A DNA stretch of 64,000 nucleotides from an uncultured cyanobacterium (GTDB taxonomy: Bacteria; Cyanobacteriota; Cyanobacteriia; Cyanobacteriales; Nostocaceae): the NCBI GenBank assembly GCA_963706595.1, contig OY970166.1, positions 5,216,001 through 5,280,000 on the forward strand, given 5' to 3'. A model generated the notes under the pieces. It worked only from the letters and a program-made list of their open reading frames with translations, ran no database searches and had not been told where the DNA came from. How positions within the stretch are numbered: position 1 is the first letter of the stretch; every line of letters starts with the position of its first letter. This document shows, in pieces, positions 20,445 to 32,579 of the stretch. The translations under genes and the position numbers were made by a program.

Positions 20445-23345
20445 GTGGTACATTACCCGCCTCTTCCTAAATCAAGCCATTCACCGATGGTCAGTCAACG
20501 GAGTTTAAAGTCAAGTGGTTTCGCACAACGACACATTGGACCTAAGTCTGATGACATCCAGCAAATGCTTGAGGTTTTGGGTTTACAAAATCTGGACTCA
20601 CTGATTGAGAAAACAGTACCGCAGGGTATTCGGTTGCAAAACACGCTAAAGTTACCAGCAGCGCAAAGTGAGTATGCAGCCCTGGCAAAGTTAAAAAAAA
20701 TTGCTGCTAAAAATCAAGTATGCCGTTCATATATCGGTACGGGATATTACGACTGTATCACCCCGCCAGTAATTCAACGCAATATTTTGGAAAATCCTGG
20801 TTGGTATACAGCCTATACTCCCTATCAGCCAGAAATTGCCCAAGGAAGACTGGAAGCGCTGCTGAATTTCCAGACGATGATTATCGACCTCACAGGGTTG
20901 GAAATTGCTAATGCTTCCTTACTTGATGAAGCGACAGCAGCAGCCGAAGCTATGAGTCTCAGTTATGGTGTGTGCAAAAATCAGGCAAATGCTTATTTTG
21001 TCTCGGAGAATTGCCATCCCCAAACTATCGATGTTTTGCAAACCAGGGCTAAACCTTTGGGGATTAAGATCATTATCGGTGATCATCAGACTTATGATTT
21101 TGCTGAACCAATTTTTGGGGCTGTTCTGCAATATCCCGCCAGTGATGGCACGATTTACGACTACCGCGCTTTTATTGAAAAAGCCCATGCTGAGGGTGCA
21201 TTGGTGACGGTAGCCGCAGATCCTTTAAGTTTAACTTTACTGACACCACCAGGAGAATTTGGGGCTGATATTGCTGTGGGAAGTACCCAGCGCTTCGGTA
21301 TTCCGTTGGGGTTTGGGGGACCTCATGCGGCTTACTTTGCGACGAAAGAACAGTATAAACGGCAAGTTCCAGGGCGAATTGTAGGAGTATCAAAAGATGC
21401 TCAAGGTAAGCCCGCTTTACGTTTGGCTTTGCAAACCCGTGAACAGCACATCCGCCGGGAAAAAGCCACGAGTAATATCTGTACTGCACAGGTGTTATTG
21501 GCAGTGATGGCGAGTATGTACGCTGTATATCATGGCTCTGATGGTATCAGGAATATTGCTGAAAATATTCACCAGTTAACTGTAATTTTGGCAGCAGGAT
21601 TGAAGCGACTTGGTTACAGCATTAGTTCTGAACATTTCTTTGATACGCTGCGAGTGGATTTAGGTACAAACTCTGTAAAAGGTATTCTGGAAGCTTGTCA
21701 AGGGCGAAATATTAATCTGCGGATTTTTGATGGGACATCTGTGGGTATTTCCTTAGATGAAACTACTACAGTAGAAGATTTAATAGACCTCTGGCAGATT
21801 TTTGCCGGTACAGATAATCTTCCCTTTACTATAGAAGAATTATCTCCATCTTCTCACGTACTCTTACCCCGTACCAGTACCTATCTGACTCATCCGGTTT
21901 TCAATCGCTATCACTCAGAAACTGAGTTGTTGCGTTATCTGCATCAGCTAGAAACTAAGGATTTATCTTTAACGACATCGATGATTCCTTTGGGTTCCTG
22001 CACAATGAAGTTAAATGCAACGGCTGAGATGATTCCGGTTTCTTGGGAGGAATTTGGCAAGATTCATCCGTTTGCGCCACCATCCCAAACACGGGGTTAT
22101 CAAATTCTGTTCCAGCAACTTGAGGCTTGGTTGGCTGAAATTACGGGATTTGCGGGAATTTCTCTACAACCTAATGCTGGTTCTCAAGGTGAATACACAG
22201 GACTTTTAGTGATTCGTCAATATCACGAAACTCGTGGGGAAGGACATCGGAATATTTGTTTGATTCCGGAGTCAGCACATGGAACTAATCCAGCTAGTGC
22301 GGTGATGTGCGGGATGAAGGTGGTTGCAGTTGCTTGTGATACATCTGGTAATATTGATGTGGATGACTTGAAAGCAAAAGCAGAAAAACACAGTCAGCAA
22401 CTGGCGGCTTTAATGGTGACTTATCCTTCAACTCACGGTGTGTTTGAGGAAGGAATTCAGGAAATCTGTGCTGTTGTGCATGGTCACGGTGGACAAGTTT
22501 ATATGGATGGGGCTAATATGAATGCCCAAGTGGGTATTTGTCGTCCTGGCGATATTGGCGCAGATGTCTGTCATTTAAATCTGCACAAGACTTTTTGTAT
22601 TCCTCATGGTGGTGGTGGCCCTGGTATGGGACCGATTGGTGTGGCTGCACATCTTGTACCTTTCCTTCCTGGACACCCTGTTGTACCTACCACTGGGCAT
22701 TCTCAAATTGGGGCGATGGCAGCTGCGCCTTGGGGTAGTGCTAGTATTTTAGTGATTTCCTGGATGTACATTGCCATGATGGGGGCTGAGGGTTTGACTC
22801 ATGCAACTAAGGTGGCAATTCTCAATGCTAATTATATCGCCCACAGACTCAGTAATTACTATCCGGTGCTGTATAAGGGGAAAAATGATTTAGTTGCCCA
22901 TGAGTGTATTTTAGATTTAAGGTTACTCAAAAAATCTGCGAGTATCGAAATCGATGATATTGCCAAGCGGCTGATAGATTATGGTTTCCATGCGCCGACT
23001 GTTTCTTGGCCTGTGGCGGGTACGATTATGGTGGAACCGACGGAAAGTGAGTCTAAGGAGGAGTTAGACCGTTTCTGTGAGGCGTTGATTGCTATTCGTG
23101 GGGAAATCTCGGCAATTGAATCTGGGAAGATGGATATTCAAGATAATCTTTTGAAGAATGCACCTCATACTGCCCAAAGTTTGATTGTGGGTGAATGGAA
23201 TCACGGCTATTCTCGTGAACAAGCTGCTTACCCTGCGCTTTGGACGCGTGAATATAAGTTCTGGCCGAGTGTGGGGAGAGTTGATGCGGCTTTTGGCGAT
23301 CGCAATTTTGTTTGTTCTTGTCTACCAATGGAGGCTTATCAGTAA
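20445..23345 (+). CDS. gcvP: Glycine dehydrogenase (decarboxylating), P protein
   Basis: [31 protein letters not shown] motif LNLHKTF. GTG at 20445 follows GGAG. Confidence 0.97.
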   Translation: MVHYPPLPKSSHSPMVSQRSLKSSGFAQRHIGPKSDDIQQMLEVLGLQNLDSLIEKTVPQGIRLQNTLKLPAAQSEYAALAKLKKIAAKNQVCRSYIGTGYYDCITPPVIQRNILENPGWYTAYTPYQPEIAQGRLEALLNFQTMIIDLTGLEIANASLLDEATAAAEAMSLSYGVCKNQANAYFVSENCHPQTIDVLQTRAKPLGIKIIIGDHQTYDFAEPIFGAVLQYPASDGTIYDYRAFIEKAHAEGALVTVAADPLSLTLLTPPGEFGADIAVGSTQRFGIPLGFGGPHAAYFATKEQYKRQVPGRIVGVSKDAQGKPALRLALQTREQHIRREKATSNICTAQVLLAVMASMYAVYHGSDGIRNIAENIHQLTVILAAGLKRLGYSISSEHFFDTLRVDLGTNSVKGILEACQGRNINLRIFDGTSVGISLDETTTVEDLIDLWQIFAGTDNLPFTIEELSPSSHVLLPRTSTYLTHPVFNRYHSETELLRYLHQLETKDLSLTTSMIPLGSCTMKLNATAEMIPVSWEEFGKIHPFAPPSQTRGYQILFQQLEAWLAEITGFAGISLQPNAGSQGEYTGLLVIRQYHETRGEGHRNICLIPESAHGTNPASAVMCGMKVVAVACDTSGNIDVDDLKAKAEKHSQQLAALMVTYPSTHGVFEEGIQEICAVVHGHGGQVYMDGANMNAQVGICRPGDIGADVCHLNLHKTFCIPHGGGGPGMGPIGVAAHLVPFLPGHPVVPTTGHSQIGAMAAAPWGSASILVISWMYIAMMGAEGLTHATKVAILNANYIAHRLSNYYPVLYKGKNDLVAHECILDLRLLKKSASIEIDDIAKRLIDYGFHAPTVSWPVAGTIMVEPTESESKEELDRFCEALIAIRGEISAIESGKMDIQDNLLKNAPHTAQSLIVGEWNHGYSREQAAYPALWTREYKFWPSVGRVDAAFGDRNFVCSCLPMEAYQ

Positions 23346-23362
23346 TTTATTACTGATTTAAG

Positions 23363-23440
23363 AACCTCACCCCCAACCCCTCTCCTTGGTAAGGAGAGGG
23401 GAGTTTTTTATCGAACCGCAGAGACGCAGAGGACACAGAG
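23363..23440. repeat. CCCTCTCCTT-N3-AAGGAGAGGG hairpin repeat plus 9-bp GCAGAG-type tandem
   Basis: Same hairpin family as 17716, 26802 and 32562; lies between convergent genes. Confidence 0.75.
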
Positions 23441-23446
23441 GAAGAG

Positions 23447-24319
23447 CTAATTTTTTTGAATTTGTTCTAGTTCTGTTTTTATGGGTAGGGGTTGATACCC
23501 TAATGCAAAGGCTTTGGTACTATCTAAGGATACATCTTTTGGTCTTGGTGCTGCCATTTTTACGTCTTGCTGTTGGCAACTTTTGAGTCCGGTTTCTGGG
23601 AGTTGGAATACTTCTATTAGTAGTTTTCCGAAATCGTAACGCGAAATTCTCTCTTTTCCTCCCAGGTGAATGTAGCCGTTGATTTTTTCTAATGCTAATA
23701 AGATGCCTTTGGCGGCTGTGATTCCACTGGCTGGGGTGCGAAATTCATCTGTGAATAATTTTAATTCTTTGCCCTCTTTTAAGGTTTGGATAAATGGTTG
23801 GATAAAGCTTTTAGCTGTGGGTGTTTCTCTGCCAAACATTAAGGGCATTCGACATATTGCTGTCATGGGATATCGTTCTAACATTCCTGTTTCTGCCATG
23901 ACTTTTTGTTCACCGTAAGTATTGACAGGAGATACAGAATCTGTTTCTTTATAAGGTGCATTTAAACCATCAAAAACTAGGTCGGTTGATGTGAAGGCGC
24001 AAGGTATGGCGTAATCTGCACAAAGTCCGGCAATATTACAGGATGCGGTGACATTAATTGTCTGGGATTCTTGGGGATGGGTTTGACAATAGTTCGGTTG
24101 CGATCGCGCGGCTGTATGAATGACTGCATTGGGACTGATATCATTGAAGAGGCGCTTTAAGGCTGAAAAATCTGTTAAGTCTACTGGCAGTATTTTGATT
24201 CCTGGTAATTCTAGAGAATTGGTGCAATAAGTACCATAAACTTCCCATTCTTGTTTTGCTAGTTGGCAAAGATGCCATCCTAAAAAACCACTAGCTCCGG
24301 TGATTAAGATTTTTTTCAT
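23447..24319 (-). CDS. RmlD-like NAD(P)-dependent SDR oxidoreductase
   Basis: ILITGASGFLG, STDLVFDG, YGEQK, RPKDVSLD. Confidence 0.9.
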   Translation of the reverse strand: MKKILITGASGFLGWHLCQLAKQEWEVYGTYCTNSLELPGIKILPVDLTDFSALKRLFNDISPNAVIHTAARSQPNYCQTHPQESQTINVTASCNIAGLCADYAIPCAFTSTDLVFDGLNAPYKETDSVSPVNTYGEQKVMAETGMLERYPMTAICRMPLMFGRETPTAKSFIQPFIQTLKEGKELKLFTDEFRTPASGITAAKGILLALEKINGYIHLGGKERISRYDFGKLLIEVFQLPETGLKSCQQQDVKMAAPRPKDVSLDSTKAFALGYQPLPIKTELEQIQKN

Positions 24320-24347
24320 TAATGGAGTATGATCCACTCTACAATGA

Positions 24348-25091
24348 TTACTGAATTATTTTTTTAAACTGTTCATAATTACGCACTTTATCAAAGTCTG
24401 GGTCAGTTTTGGCTAACTCTTCATACTTGCCAGGAATCAACTCTATGGCTTTTTGCAGATTCTCAATTGCTAAATCAATTTTTTCTTGTAAGGCATAAGC
24501 ACAGGCTTTATTATAATAGGCTTGATGCTTGTTGGGCTGAAGTGCGATCGCCTGATTATAAGATACTAATGCTTCTGGGTATTTTTGCATTTTTGTCAGG
24601 ACAATCCCACGATTAATCCAGGCTTCATGTTTTTTTGGCTGGAGGGCGATCGCTCGATCGTAAGATGATAGTGCTTCTAAGTGTTTTTGCAATGCTGTTA
24701 AGGCATTCCCCCGGTTATACCAAGCTTCATCTTTATCGGGTTGCAGTGCGATCGCCTGATCGTAAGATGCTAATGCTTTTTCGTATTGCTGCAATGATAT
24801 CAGCGCATTGCCACGATTGATCCAAGTGTCAGGTTTCTTCGGTTGGAGGGCGATCGCTTTGTCATATACTTGAAGAGCATCTTGGTAGCGTTGCGTGTCT
24901 AGTAAACTATTACCTTGATCAAATAAATTTTGCGCTTTTTGGGTAGCTTGAGCTTCTGTGATTAGCTGGGCAACATTAATCTCCTGTACTACTTGCGTAG
25001 CATATTTTGTTGATGATCCTGTCCCATCACCACAGCCAAAGGTGAATAAACTAATCACACTAGAGGCAACTAAGCAACGCCAGAAAACCAT
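24348..25091 (-). CDS. TPR-repeat lipoprotein
   Basis: Lipobox-like FTFGC; 34-aa repeats (W.NRG.AL...Y.AL.SYD.AIALQP); HIP1 sites at 102-bp spacing. Confidence 0.88.
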   Translation of the reverse strand: MVFWRCLVASSVISLFTFGCGDGTGSSTKYATQVVQEINVAQLITEAQATQKAQNLFDQGNSLLDTQRYQDALQVYDKAIALQPKKPDTWINRGNALISLQQYEKALASYDQAIALQPDKDEAWYNRGNALTALQKHLEALSSYDRAIALQPKKHEAWINRGIVLTKMQKYPEALVSYNQAIALQPNKHQAYYNKACAYALQEKIDLAIENLQKAIELIPGKYEELAKTDPDFDKVRNYEQFKKIIQ

Positions 25092-25324
25092 GCTATACCT
25101 ACACAATTCATACAACAATGTTCAAACATCTTGAAGTTTTTTAATATTACCAAAAAACACTTGATTGTTTAATTAAGTTTTTCTTATGTGCTAAATTAAC
25201 TCTGCTCACTTGGGGATATTTTGCTCATAAGTAGGCTGTGACAATCATGTTTAAATGGAATATAACTATATTAAAAACCGTCAAAATCTTGTTATAAATA
25301 TTAGATTTACTGATATTTTGCCTT

Positions 25325-25406
25325 GTAGAGACGCGATTCATCGCGTCTAATTTCTATTCATCGCGTCTAATTTCTATTCATCGCGTCTAATTTCTATTCA
25401 TCGCGT
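25325..25406 (+). repeat. GTAG-type REP palindrome followed by a 20-bp tandem expansion
   Basis: GTAGAGACGCGATTCATCGCGTCT, then ATTCATCGCGTCTAATTTCT units starting at 25336, 25356, 25376 and (partial) 25396. Confidence 0.85.
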
Positions 25407-25447
25407 ATATCAGCGATAGCTTGTGTGGCATAGCCATAGAATTAATC

Positions 25448-26784
25448 ATGACTGAACCTAACCCACCCCATGCACCAAATCCAGAACCTTTACCAGCAGA
25501 CGATTTTGACAGTGGTACAGATGAAAATCACCTAACCCCAGAAGCATTAGCTGCACAAGAATCTTTAGCGAAAATTGCGTCTTTGCAATCTCCGCAAAAT
25601 AGAGATGCTTTGCAACAAGCCCGTTCCCAAATTCAGGAATACACTATTAGTCAATTCACAGTCAAGCCGAGGGCATTACTATTTACTCTAGCCGCGATCG
25701 CCATCACTTTTTTGGGACTGGTAATCAATAATTGGCTGATCGGCATCTTGGGAACACTGATAAGTTTAGTATTATCTCTGACAATGTTATTACCTTGGTG
25801 GCAATATGTGCTGCAAAAGTGGTTTTCGTCCCAAGATAGAACCCTGTTTGTCGCCTTTATTGGGCTTGTCGTCGGGATAATCGGCTTATTCAAGTTTACT
25901 GGCTTAGGCGATCGCCTGCTGATTTGGGGAAAGCAAATTAGCTGGGAAGCTTCAGGTAGTTTAGCTGAATGGTTTGGGGCTTTGGGGCAAATTCTGATTG
26001 CGATTATTGCCGTTTATGTCGCATGGCGACAATATGTGATTTCCAAAGACTTGACAATTCAGCAAAACTTGCTCACAGTGCAGCAAAATATTATTACCCA
26101 GCAGCAAACCATAGATTCCTATTTTCAAGGTGTCTCAGATTTGGTATTAGATGAAGAAGGATTATTAGAAGATTGGCCGCAAGAACGGGCGATCGCCGAA
26201 GGCCGGACCGCAGCTATATTTAGTAGTGTAGATGGCAGTGGTAAAGCCAAAATTATCCGTTTTCTTTCCCGTTCCAAATTACTCACACCCTCTAAAGCGC
26301 GATCGCCGCTTAGGAAGAGCCATTCTCGACGGTATGGGGGGTTACGAAGAAGACCGCCTAGATGGTGTCCGCGTCATCGATTTAGGCGTGATGTTAGCCG
26401 CCGCAGACCTTTCTAGTAACGATTTACGTTGGACTGACTTGAGTGAAGCTAATCTGGTGCGTGGTAATCTCAGCAATTGTGATTTAGTCAAAGCTAATCT
26501 CGCCCGCACCATCTTATACTAGTGCTAATCTCAGTGGTGCTGATTTAAATGGAACTCGTTTCTTCTATGGTTCACTAAAAACAGCATCACCCCGTAGCCG
26601 CAACGAACCACCAAACTACGAAACTGGTGAATACACTGGCGCTGTGGTGGAAAATGCCGATTTTACCAATGTCCAGCGTCTACCTGAGATGACTCGTCAC
26701 TACTGTTGTGCGTGGGGTGGGGAAAAAACTAGAGCGACTATCCCCGGTGGTTGCGAAGGTATTACCAATCAGTTAGGACGGTGA
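25448..26784 (+). pseudogene. Membrane-anchored pentapeptide repeat protein with two +1 frameshifts
   Basis: Removing one base near 26291 joins LLTP to LKRDRRLGRAILDG. Removing one near 26520 joins TILY to SANLSGADL, open to TGA at 26784. Confidence 0.78.
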
Positions 26785-26801
26785 AAGAACTTTTAAAGTC
26801 T

Positions 26802-26866
26802 CCCCTCTCCTTGCTTTCGCGTAGCGTCTCCCTTTGGGAGAAGGAGAGGGGTTGGGGGTGAGGTTG
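26802..26866. repeat. CCCTCTCCTT/AAGGAGAGGG hairpin repeat with a ~25-nt insert in its loop
   Basis: Insert TTCGCGTAGCGTCTCCCTTTGGGAG (26816-26840) relative to empty copies at 17716 and 23377. Confidence 0.7.
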
Positions 26867-26893
26867 GTGTATTTTATTTTAAATCCCCATTCC

Positions 26894-27661
26894 TCAGCAC
26901 TCAGCAAGGGTCAATATTTCTACGCCATCTTCTGTTACAGCTAAAGTATGTTCACATTGGGCTGACAGTTGGCGATCGCGAGTTACCGCAGTCCAACCAT
27001 CAGCGAGAACCTCAACTTCCCAAGTCCCAATGTTAATCATCGGCTCAATAGTGAACACCATTCCTGGTCTGAGACGCTTGCCTTTGCCTCGTGTACCATA
27101 ATGGGGAATATCGGGCGCAGTGTGGAAAATATTGCTGATACCGTGTCCTACAAAGTCACGCACCACAGAAAAGCCCTGGGCTTCGGCATATTCTTGAATG
27201 GCTGCACCAATATCACCAATTTTTGCCCCCGGCTTGACTTCAGCAATACCCAAGCGGCGACATTCTTCGGTGACTTCTACCAACTTTTGGGCTTTTGCGG
27301 AAGGAGTACCAACTAAAAATGTCTTGGATGTATCGCCGTGGTAGCCATCAACAATCAATGTGACATCGATATTGATAATGTCTCCATCCTTGAGAATTTG
27401 TCTGGCGTTAGGAATACCATGACAAACTACCTCATTCACACTGGTACAAATTGACTTGGGATAACCTTTGTAACCCAGAGGTGCGCTTTTGGCTCCGTGA
27501 GCTTGTGTCCAACGTTCAGCTTCATCATTCAGTTGGAGTGTGGTAACTCCCGGCTTGACCATTGGTTCTAGGTGCTGTAAAAGTTGCCCCGCCAAGCGTC
27601 CTACTTGACGCATTTTTTCGAGTTCTCGTGTAGATAAAATGACAATTGGTTCGGTTTTCAT
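26894..27661 (-). CDS. map: Type I methionine aminopeptidase
   Basis: CTSVNEVVCHGIP, DIINIDVT, GHGI, FTIEPMIN, SAQCEHT. Confidence 0.96.
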   Translation of the reverse strand: MKTEPIVILSTRELEKMRQVGRLAGQLLQHLEPMVKPGVTTLQLNDEAERWTQAHGAKSAPLGYKGYPKSICTSVNEVVCHGIPNARQILKDGDIINIDVTLIVDGYHGDTSKTFLVGTPSAKAQKLVEVTEECRRLGIAEVKPGAKIGDIGAAIQEYAEAQGFSVVRDFVGHGISNIFHTAPDIPHYGTRGKGKRLRPGMVFTIEPMINIGTWEVEVLADGWTAVTRDRQLSAQCEHTLAVTEDGVEILTLAEC

Positions 27662-28701
27662 AAACTTTCGGCGGCGGAATCTCTCATAAATATAGTTAAA
27701 CCTGTCTGTGCAGCTCTGTGGGCAGCATCAGCAACCTTGAGGGTATATAAACTTGATTCTGGGGTGACGTACAAAGGAGTACCATCAAACAGATGATCTA
27801 AGACCATAGTTGTATCTTTAGCAAATAAACCTCGACGAGTACCAACCTCTATTGGTGTTGTTTCCCCGGACTGAATCAAAAATCCTCCGTCGCTATCAAA
27901 AATTAAACCACCCTTTTCGCCATGCACTTCAAATTTGCGTTCTGGTTGCCAAAGGGTTTCGCCTTTGCCATAAACTACTTGTGCTAACAGTCCATTTTCA
28001 AAGCAAAGTTGACTGTTACAGAAACAAGTTTGGTAATAATCCGGTTCTGTTTTCCAATATCGCTGATGACAGTTAACTGTCAAGACTTGACCAAATAAAT
28101 CGGTGAGACGATGTAATCGCGACAGCGCCCCAATTAAAGGAAAACCAAACAGTTGATCATTATAAGTCCACTTCCGGGGTGCGGGATGCTGAGGATTGAT
28201 GGTGCTGTAGCGAACATAAAAAATATCTCCGATTTTTTCGATGTTCTGCTTCAAGGCTTGATGTAAGCCTCCCAAAAGTTCGATGTGTTCAACGTGTAAC
28301 AGTTTATTTTGGGCTTTGGCTAAGGCGATTAATTCCTCAGCTTCAGTGACATCTACTGACAAGGGATATTCGACAATTACGTGTTTACCCTGTAAAAGTG
28401 CCGCACGAGCGATCGCCCCATGATCGCGGTTAATTGTGGAAATCACCACCAAATCAATATCTTCGCGCTCTACTAATTTTTCCCAGGATAACGCTTCTGT
28501 CTGGTATTCATGGGCAAAGGCTGCTATATGTTGTGGCTGATGACCTGCGATCGCTACTAAATTTGTACGCTGATCACTCACCAAAGCCTCAGCCCGTAGT
28601 TTCGCCGCATATCCAGTCCCAATCAAGCCTACACGCACTTTTGCTGTTTCCAAAGCTGCCTCTGAATTATACATGATCCTGACCAGTTCAGTTTTTGACA
28701 T
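27658..28701 (-). CDS. bvdR: Gfo/Idh/MocA oxidoreductase, cyanobacterial biliverdin reductase-like
   Basis: GLIGTGYAA, GKHVIVEYP, LHVEHIELLGG, PAPRKWTY. Start uncertain (ATG at 28674 is plausible). Confidence 0.75.
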   Translation of the reverse strand: MSKTELVRIMYNSEAALETAKVRVGLIGTGYAAKLRAEALVSDQRTNLVAIAGHQPQHIAAFAHEYQTEALSWEKLVEREDIDLVVISTINRDHGAIARAALLQGKHVIVEYPLSVDVTEAEELIALAKAQNKLLHVEHIELLGGLHQALKQNIEKIGDIFYVRYSTINPQHPAPRKWTYNDQLFGFPLIGALSRLHRLTDLFGQVLTVNCHQRYWKTEPDYYQTCFCNSQLCFENGLLAQVVYGKGETLWQPERKFEVHGEKGGLIFDSDGGFLIQSGETTPIEVGTRRGLFAKDTTMVLDHLFDGTPLYVTPESSLYTLKVADAAHRAAQTGLTIFMRDSAAESL

Positions 28702-28929
28702 TCCACGCTTACAATAGGCGAAATTCTGGGTTTATACTCAAGACTGTGTATATATAAAATAAACTTATAATTATCTACTAACTCAACTTCATTACTAATC
28801 GGGGTCGATTTCCAGTTAAAAGCTGTAATTTTTCTCGTAGTATCAGAAGTGAAGCAATTAGAAAGTACCGGTTAACCTCATAAAGAAAGCCCTATGCTTT
28901 GCTTCAGAATAACTTATACTGCCGTTTGA

Positions 28930-29247
<318 letters not shown>

Positions 29248-29300
29248 GAGTTCACTATCTAAATCAACAATCTCTTTCTGGCAAGAGTTAATACTGATGT

Positions 29301-29404
29301 AGCAGGGGTGTAAAGCCTTGCCCCCCTGCTGGAGTTAGAAAAACCGGGTTTTTGTCCCTGGGAAGACCAAATTTTCCCCGTGCCAATTCGCAAAAACCCG
29401 GTTT
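29301..29404. repeat. Hairpins downstream of petF
   Basis: AGCAGGGG...CCCCTGCT (29301-29330) and a perfect 14-bp pair AAACCGGGTTTTTG / CAAAAACCCGGTTT. Confidence 0.65.
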
Positions 29405-29412
29405 CTGATATT

Positions 29413-29674
29413 TATAGCAACCGCCAAGAAGGTTAAGACATAAACGGATAATCAAACTTACACACCAAAAGGGTTTTAACCCACTCCCCAGAAGAAGCAG
29501 GGGAGCAGGGCGCACCGGAGTAGGGGGGAGTAAGAAATTATTTTAAACTTGCGGTTACTTAACAAAGATTCTTCTTCTCCCCTGCCCCCTGCCCCTTTTC
29601 CTCTACTCCCCACTCCCCACTCCCCACTCCCCACTCCCCACTCCCCACTCCCCACTCCCTACTCCCCAGCTATA
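29413..29674 (+). mobile_element. STRR-filled MITE-like element, copy 1
   Basis: Starts TATAGCAACCGCCAAG, ends CAGCTATA; contains (CCCCACT)n; homologous to 31540-31853. Confidence 0.7.
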
Positions 29675-29677
29675 ATT

Positions 29678-31276
29678 TTAAAACTTGATCTCGTTGCTGA
29701 GAGTTTTAAGTTGAGTACCGGGATAATAAAATTGCAGAATTTGGGAATTTGACCAACCGAGTTTAGCTAAATTTTGCGCCCCAGTTTGACTTAAGCCCAC
29801 TCCATGCCCCAATCCACCACCAATAAACGCATATCCCCACAAATCTGGTGTGCCTTTGTTGAGGGCTTCTATATAGAACAGCGTACTTCTAGGCGCTGCA
29901 AAAGCGCTACGAATTTCGTCTTTTTCTAAAGTAAAAGCGCCGATATCTGTCTTTACAGCCAGTTCCAGAATCCGACCACTTCTGCTGCGCTGGATCACAG
30001 ACATAGCCTCAACGGTGTTAAATTTCGCATAGGGACTATTTTTGATTTTCAGAAATCTTTGTAAAAGCTGGTTAATATCAGCAATGGGAGTTTCTCTGTT
30101 CCAACGAAAGGTATTCCAGGCACTTTCATTAAATCCTTCTTGCCGATTAATAAACTTGCGAAAGTTAGTTTCATCTGCTAGGCTCTTTTGAGATAAATCC
30201 CAAAAGTTAGTCGCAGCGTCTACTACAGGGCGTAAATAGGGACGATCTTCACCATTCCAAACATCGCTAAAGTAGGCAGTAACGCCGCCAGTAGTTGAAG
30301 AATAGAGGGCATCTACTAGCTGATTATTATAAGTTAAAACCAGACCTCTAGTTGCGGCGATCGCCTGATCTGTACGGGCTGCTGTGCCACTCCAACCATA
30401 ATAAACTTGACAGTGAGTATCAGCACACAACTGATAGTTATCAGTCTCAAACCTCCGCAAATTCCTTAAAGCATAAGTCCGGGCGATAATGGCTTGGGCT
30501 TCCACGGCTGTTGTGGGTGCAGTAGTGCCAATTTCGTGAGGTACAACCCCCCGCAAATAGCTTTCTAGAGGGACTTCGTTCACTAAAGTATATGTCCTAT
30601 AGGCATTAGGCTGTAAATTCATCCTTCCTGGATACAGACGATTATTTTCCAGCTTTTCGCCACTTTTAACGCGAATTAAGTTCTTATTTGTACTAATTTT
30701 TAACTCATTGGGGCTATAACGCTTACCATTGACTTCCCAACTAACTCGTGCCACTTCTTTCAAAATTTGCGTATCGATATACGCCATGTTCTTTCCAGAT
30801 GCCTGTACGCCCTGAAATAGCAAGCGTCGTAGCAAGGGAGTATTGTAAACATCCCGTTTTGCCCAAACTTGCCAGTTTCCTGGTTGGGCTATTTCTACCT
30901 TGATTCCCTGAGAACGCCAGTTTTCGGCGCTGTATTCCGCAGTTTCAAAGGTGCGGTATGTACCTAAAACCACTACCTCCGCCAGTTCAGCTTGAGGTAA
31001 AGCTTCCATGACTGTTTCTAGCTGGACGGGGTTTTGGGTGACTAAGGTTTTTTGCTGATTATCTGCTGTAAATTTTAGCTGTAAGCGATCGCCTGATGTG
31101 GGTTCGAGTTGCAACTTGACTTGGGGGTTCTCGCCAAATCGCTGTATAATCCCAACTCTCAGTTCTACATCCTGATTTTTACTATCAACAGCCGAAGCAC
31201 CTGTCAACCCCAACAAGCAAAATGTTGTCAGTACAGTGTAGGAAAAACGCCAGAACGTAGATTTCATAGTCATCAT
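29678..31276 (-). CDS. SpoIID/LytB domain protein
   Basis: LVNEVPLESYLRGVVPHEI, AQAIIARTYA, CADTHCQVY, GHGVGLSQTGA, ILQFYYPGT. Confidence 0.92.
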   Translation of the reverse strand: MMTMKSTFWRFSYTVLTTFCLLGLTGASAVDSKNQDVELRVGIIQRFGENPQVKLQLEPTSGDRLQLKFTADNQQKTLVTQNPVQLETVMEALPQAELAEVVVLGTYRTFETAEYSAENWRSQGIKVEIAQPGNWQVWAKRDVYNTPLLRRLLFQGVQASGKNMAYIDTQILKEVARVSWEVNGKRYSPNELKISTNKNLIRVKSGEKLENNRLYPGRMNLQPNAYRTYTLVNEVPLESYLRGVVPHEIGTTAPTTAVEAQAIIARTYALRNLRRFETDNYQLCADTHCQVYYGWSGTAARTDQAIAATRGLVLTYNNQLVDALYSSTTGGVTAYFSDVWNGEDRPYLRPVVDAATNFWDLSQKSLADETNFRKFINRQEGFNESAWNTFRWNRETPIADINQLLQRFLKIKNSPYAKFNTVEAMSVIQRSRSGRILELAVKTDIGAFTLEKDEIRSAFAAPRSTLFYIEALNKGTPDLWGYAFIGGGLGHGVGLSQTGAQNLAKLGWSNSQILQFYYPGTQLKTLSNEIKF

Positions 31277-31353
31277 CTGATTCTTACCAATTCAAAAATG
31301 CTAACAATTGCTCAGATTTATTTCTGTTTCAACCCAGAAGTATCGGCACTATG

Positions 31354-31460
31354 CTAGTACCGCACGGCATAAATAGGCATACCATTTTAAAAAGTCCAAA
31401 ATCCCAAAATACAAGCAGTACGGGCGGATGCAATCCGTCCCTTCCTCCTTGCGGTACTAG
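31354..31460. mobile_element. CTAG-bounded MITE
   Basis: TIRs CTAGTACCGCACGG / CCTTGCGGTACTAG (13 of 14 complementary). Confidence 0.7.
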
Positions 31461-31539
31461 TCCATAAATTAACAGACACTTCCATGCAAAGAAAAGTTTG
31501 AGAATTTATGAGACGAATAATTTTTGGTATGTTCAAAAA

Positions 31540-31853
<314 letters not shown>

Positions 31854-31965
31854 AGTGAAGAAAGTAAATATTCCGCCTGGTAATGGGTGAGAATGTGACA
31901 AGCATACCTTTAGCGTCAAAATAATCAAGGTATTTGTCCCACTTTTTGAACTGGCTGAAATCTTT

Positions 31966-32538
31966 ATGACTCCTCACGAAAGTGATCCAAAAGCAGCTGC
32001 TACCTCATCGAAAGGATGGAGTAGTTGGCAAGAAAATCTGATTCTGATCGCGATCGCCTTATGTTTAGCTATCCTGATTAGAACATTTATCGCCGAACCT
32101 CGTTATATACCCTCAGACTCCATGCTACCAACCTTACACACAGGCGATCGCTTGGTGATAGAAAAAGTCTCATATCGTTTTCACCCTCCCGCAGCTAGAG
32201 ATATTATCGTTTTTCAGCCTCCCGCAGAACTGCAACGCCGGGGATATCCCTCAGACCAAGCCTTTATTAAGCGCGTCATTGGTCTCCCTGGTCAAATACT
32301 CAAAGTCACTAACGGCAAAGTTTACCTGAACGGTGAAGCTTTAGAAGAAAACTACATCGCCGAACCTCCAAATCAGCCATTTCCCGCCGTCCAAGTCCCA
32401 GAAGAGCAATTTTTTGTCATGGGAGATAACCGCAACGATAGCAACGACTCTCGCTACTGGGGGTTTTTACCGAGACAAAATATCATCGGTCGGGCTGCAT
32501 TTCGCTTTTGGCCTCCTGATCGCATTGGCTTTATTTAG
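31966..32538 (+). CDS. lepB: Signal peptidase I
   Basis: IPSDSMLPTL, FIKRVIGLPG, MGDNRNDSNDSR. Confidence 0.95.
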   Translation: MTPHESDPKAAATSSKGWSSWQENLILIAIALCLAILIRTFIAEPRYIPSDSMLPTLHTGDRLVIEKVSYRFHPPAARDIIVFQPPAELQRRGYPSDQAFIKRVIGLPGQILKVTNGKVYLNGEALEENYIAEPPNQPFPAVQVPEEQFFVMGDNRNDSNDSRYWGFLPRQNIIGRAAFRFWPPDRIGFI

Positions 32539-32579
32539 ACTCCCGTTTTGCGCCGAATTCTCCCCTCTCCTTGCTAAGG

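Noticed and set aside
25325..25410. Possible CRISPR array
   Set aside because: Units are 20-bp head-to-tail with no unique spacers, and there are no cas genes.
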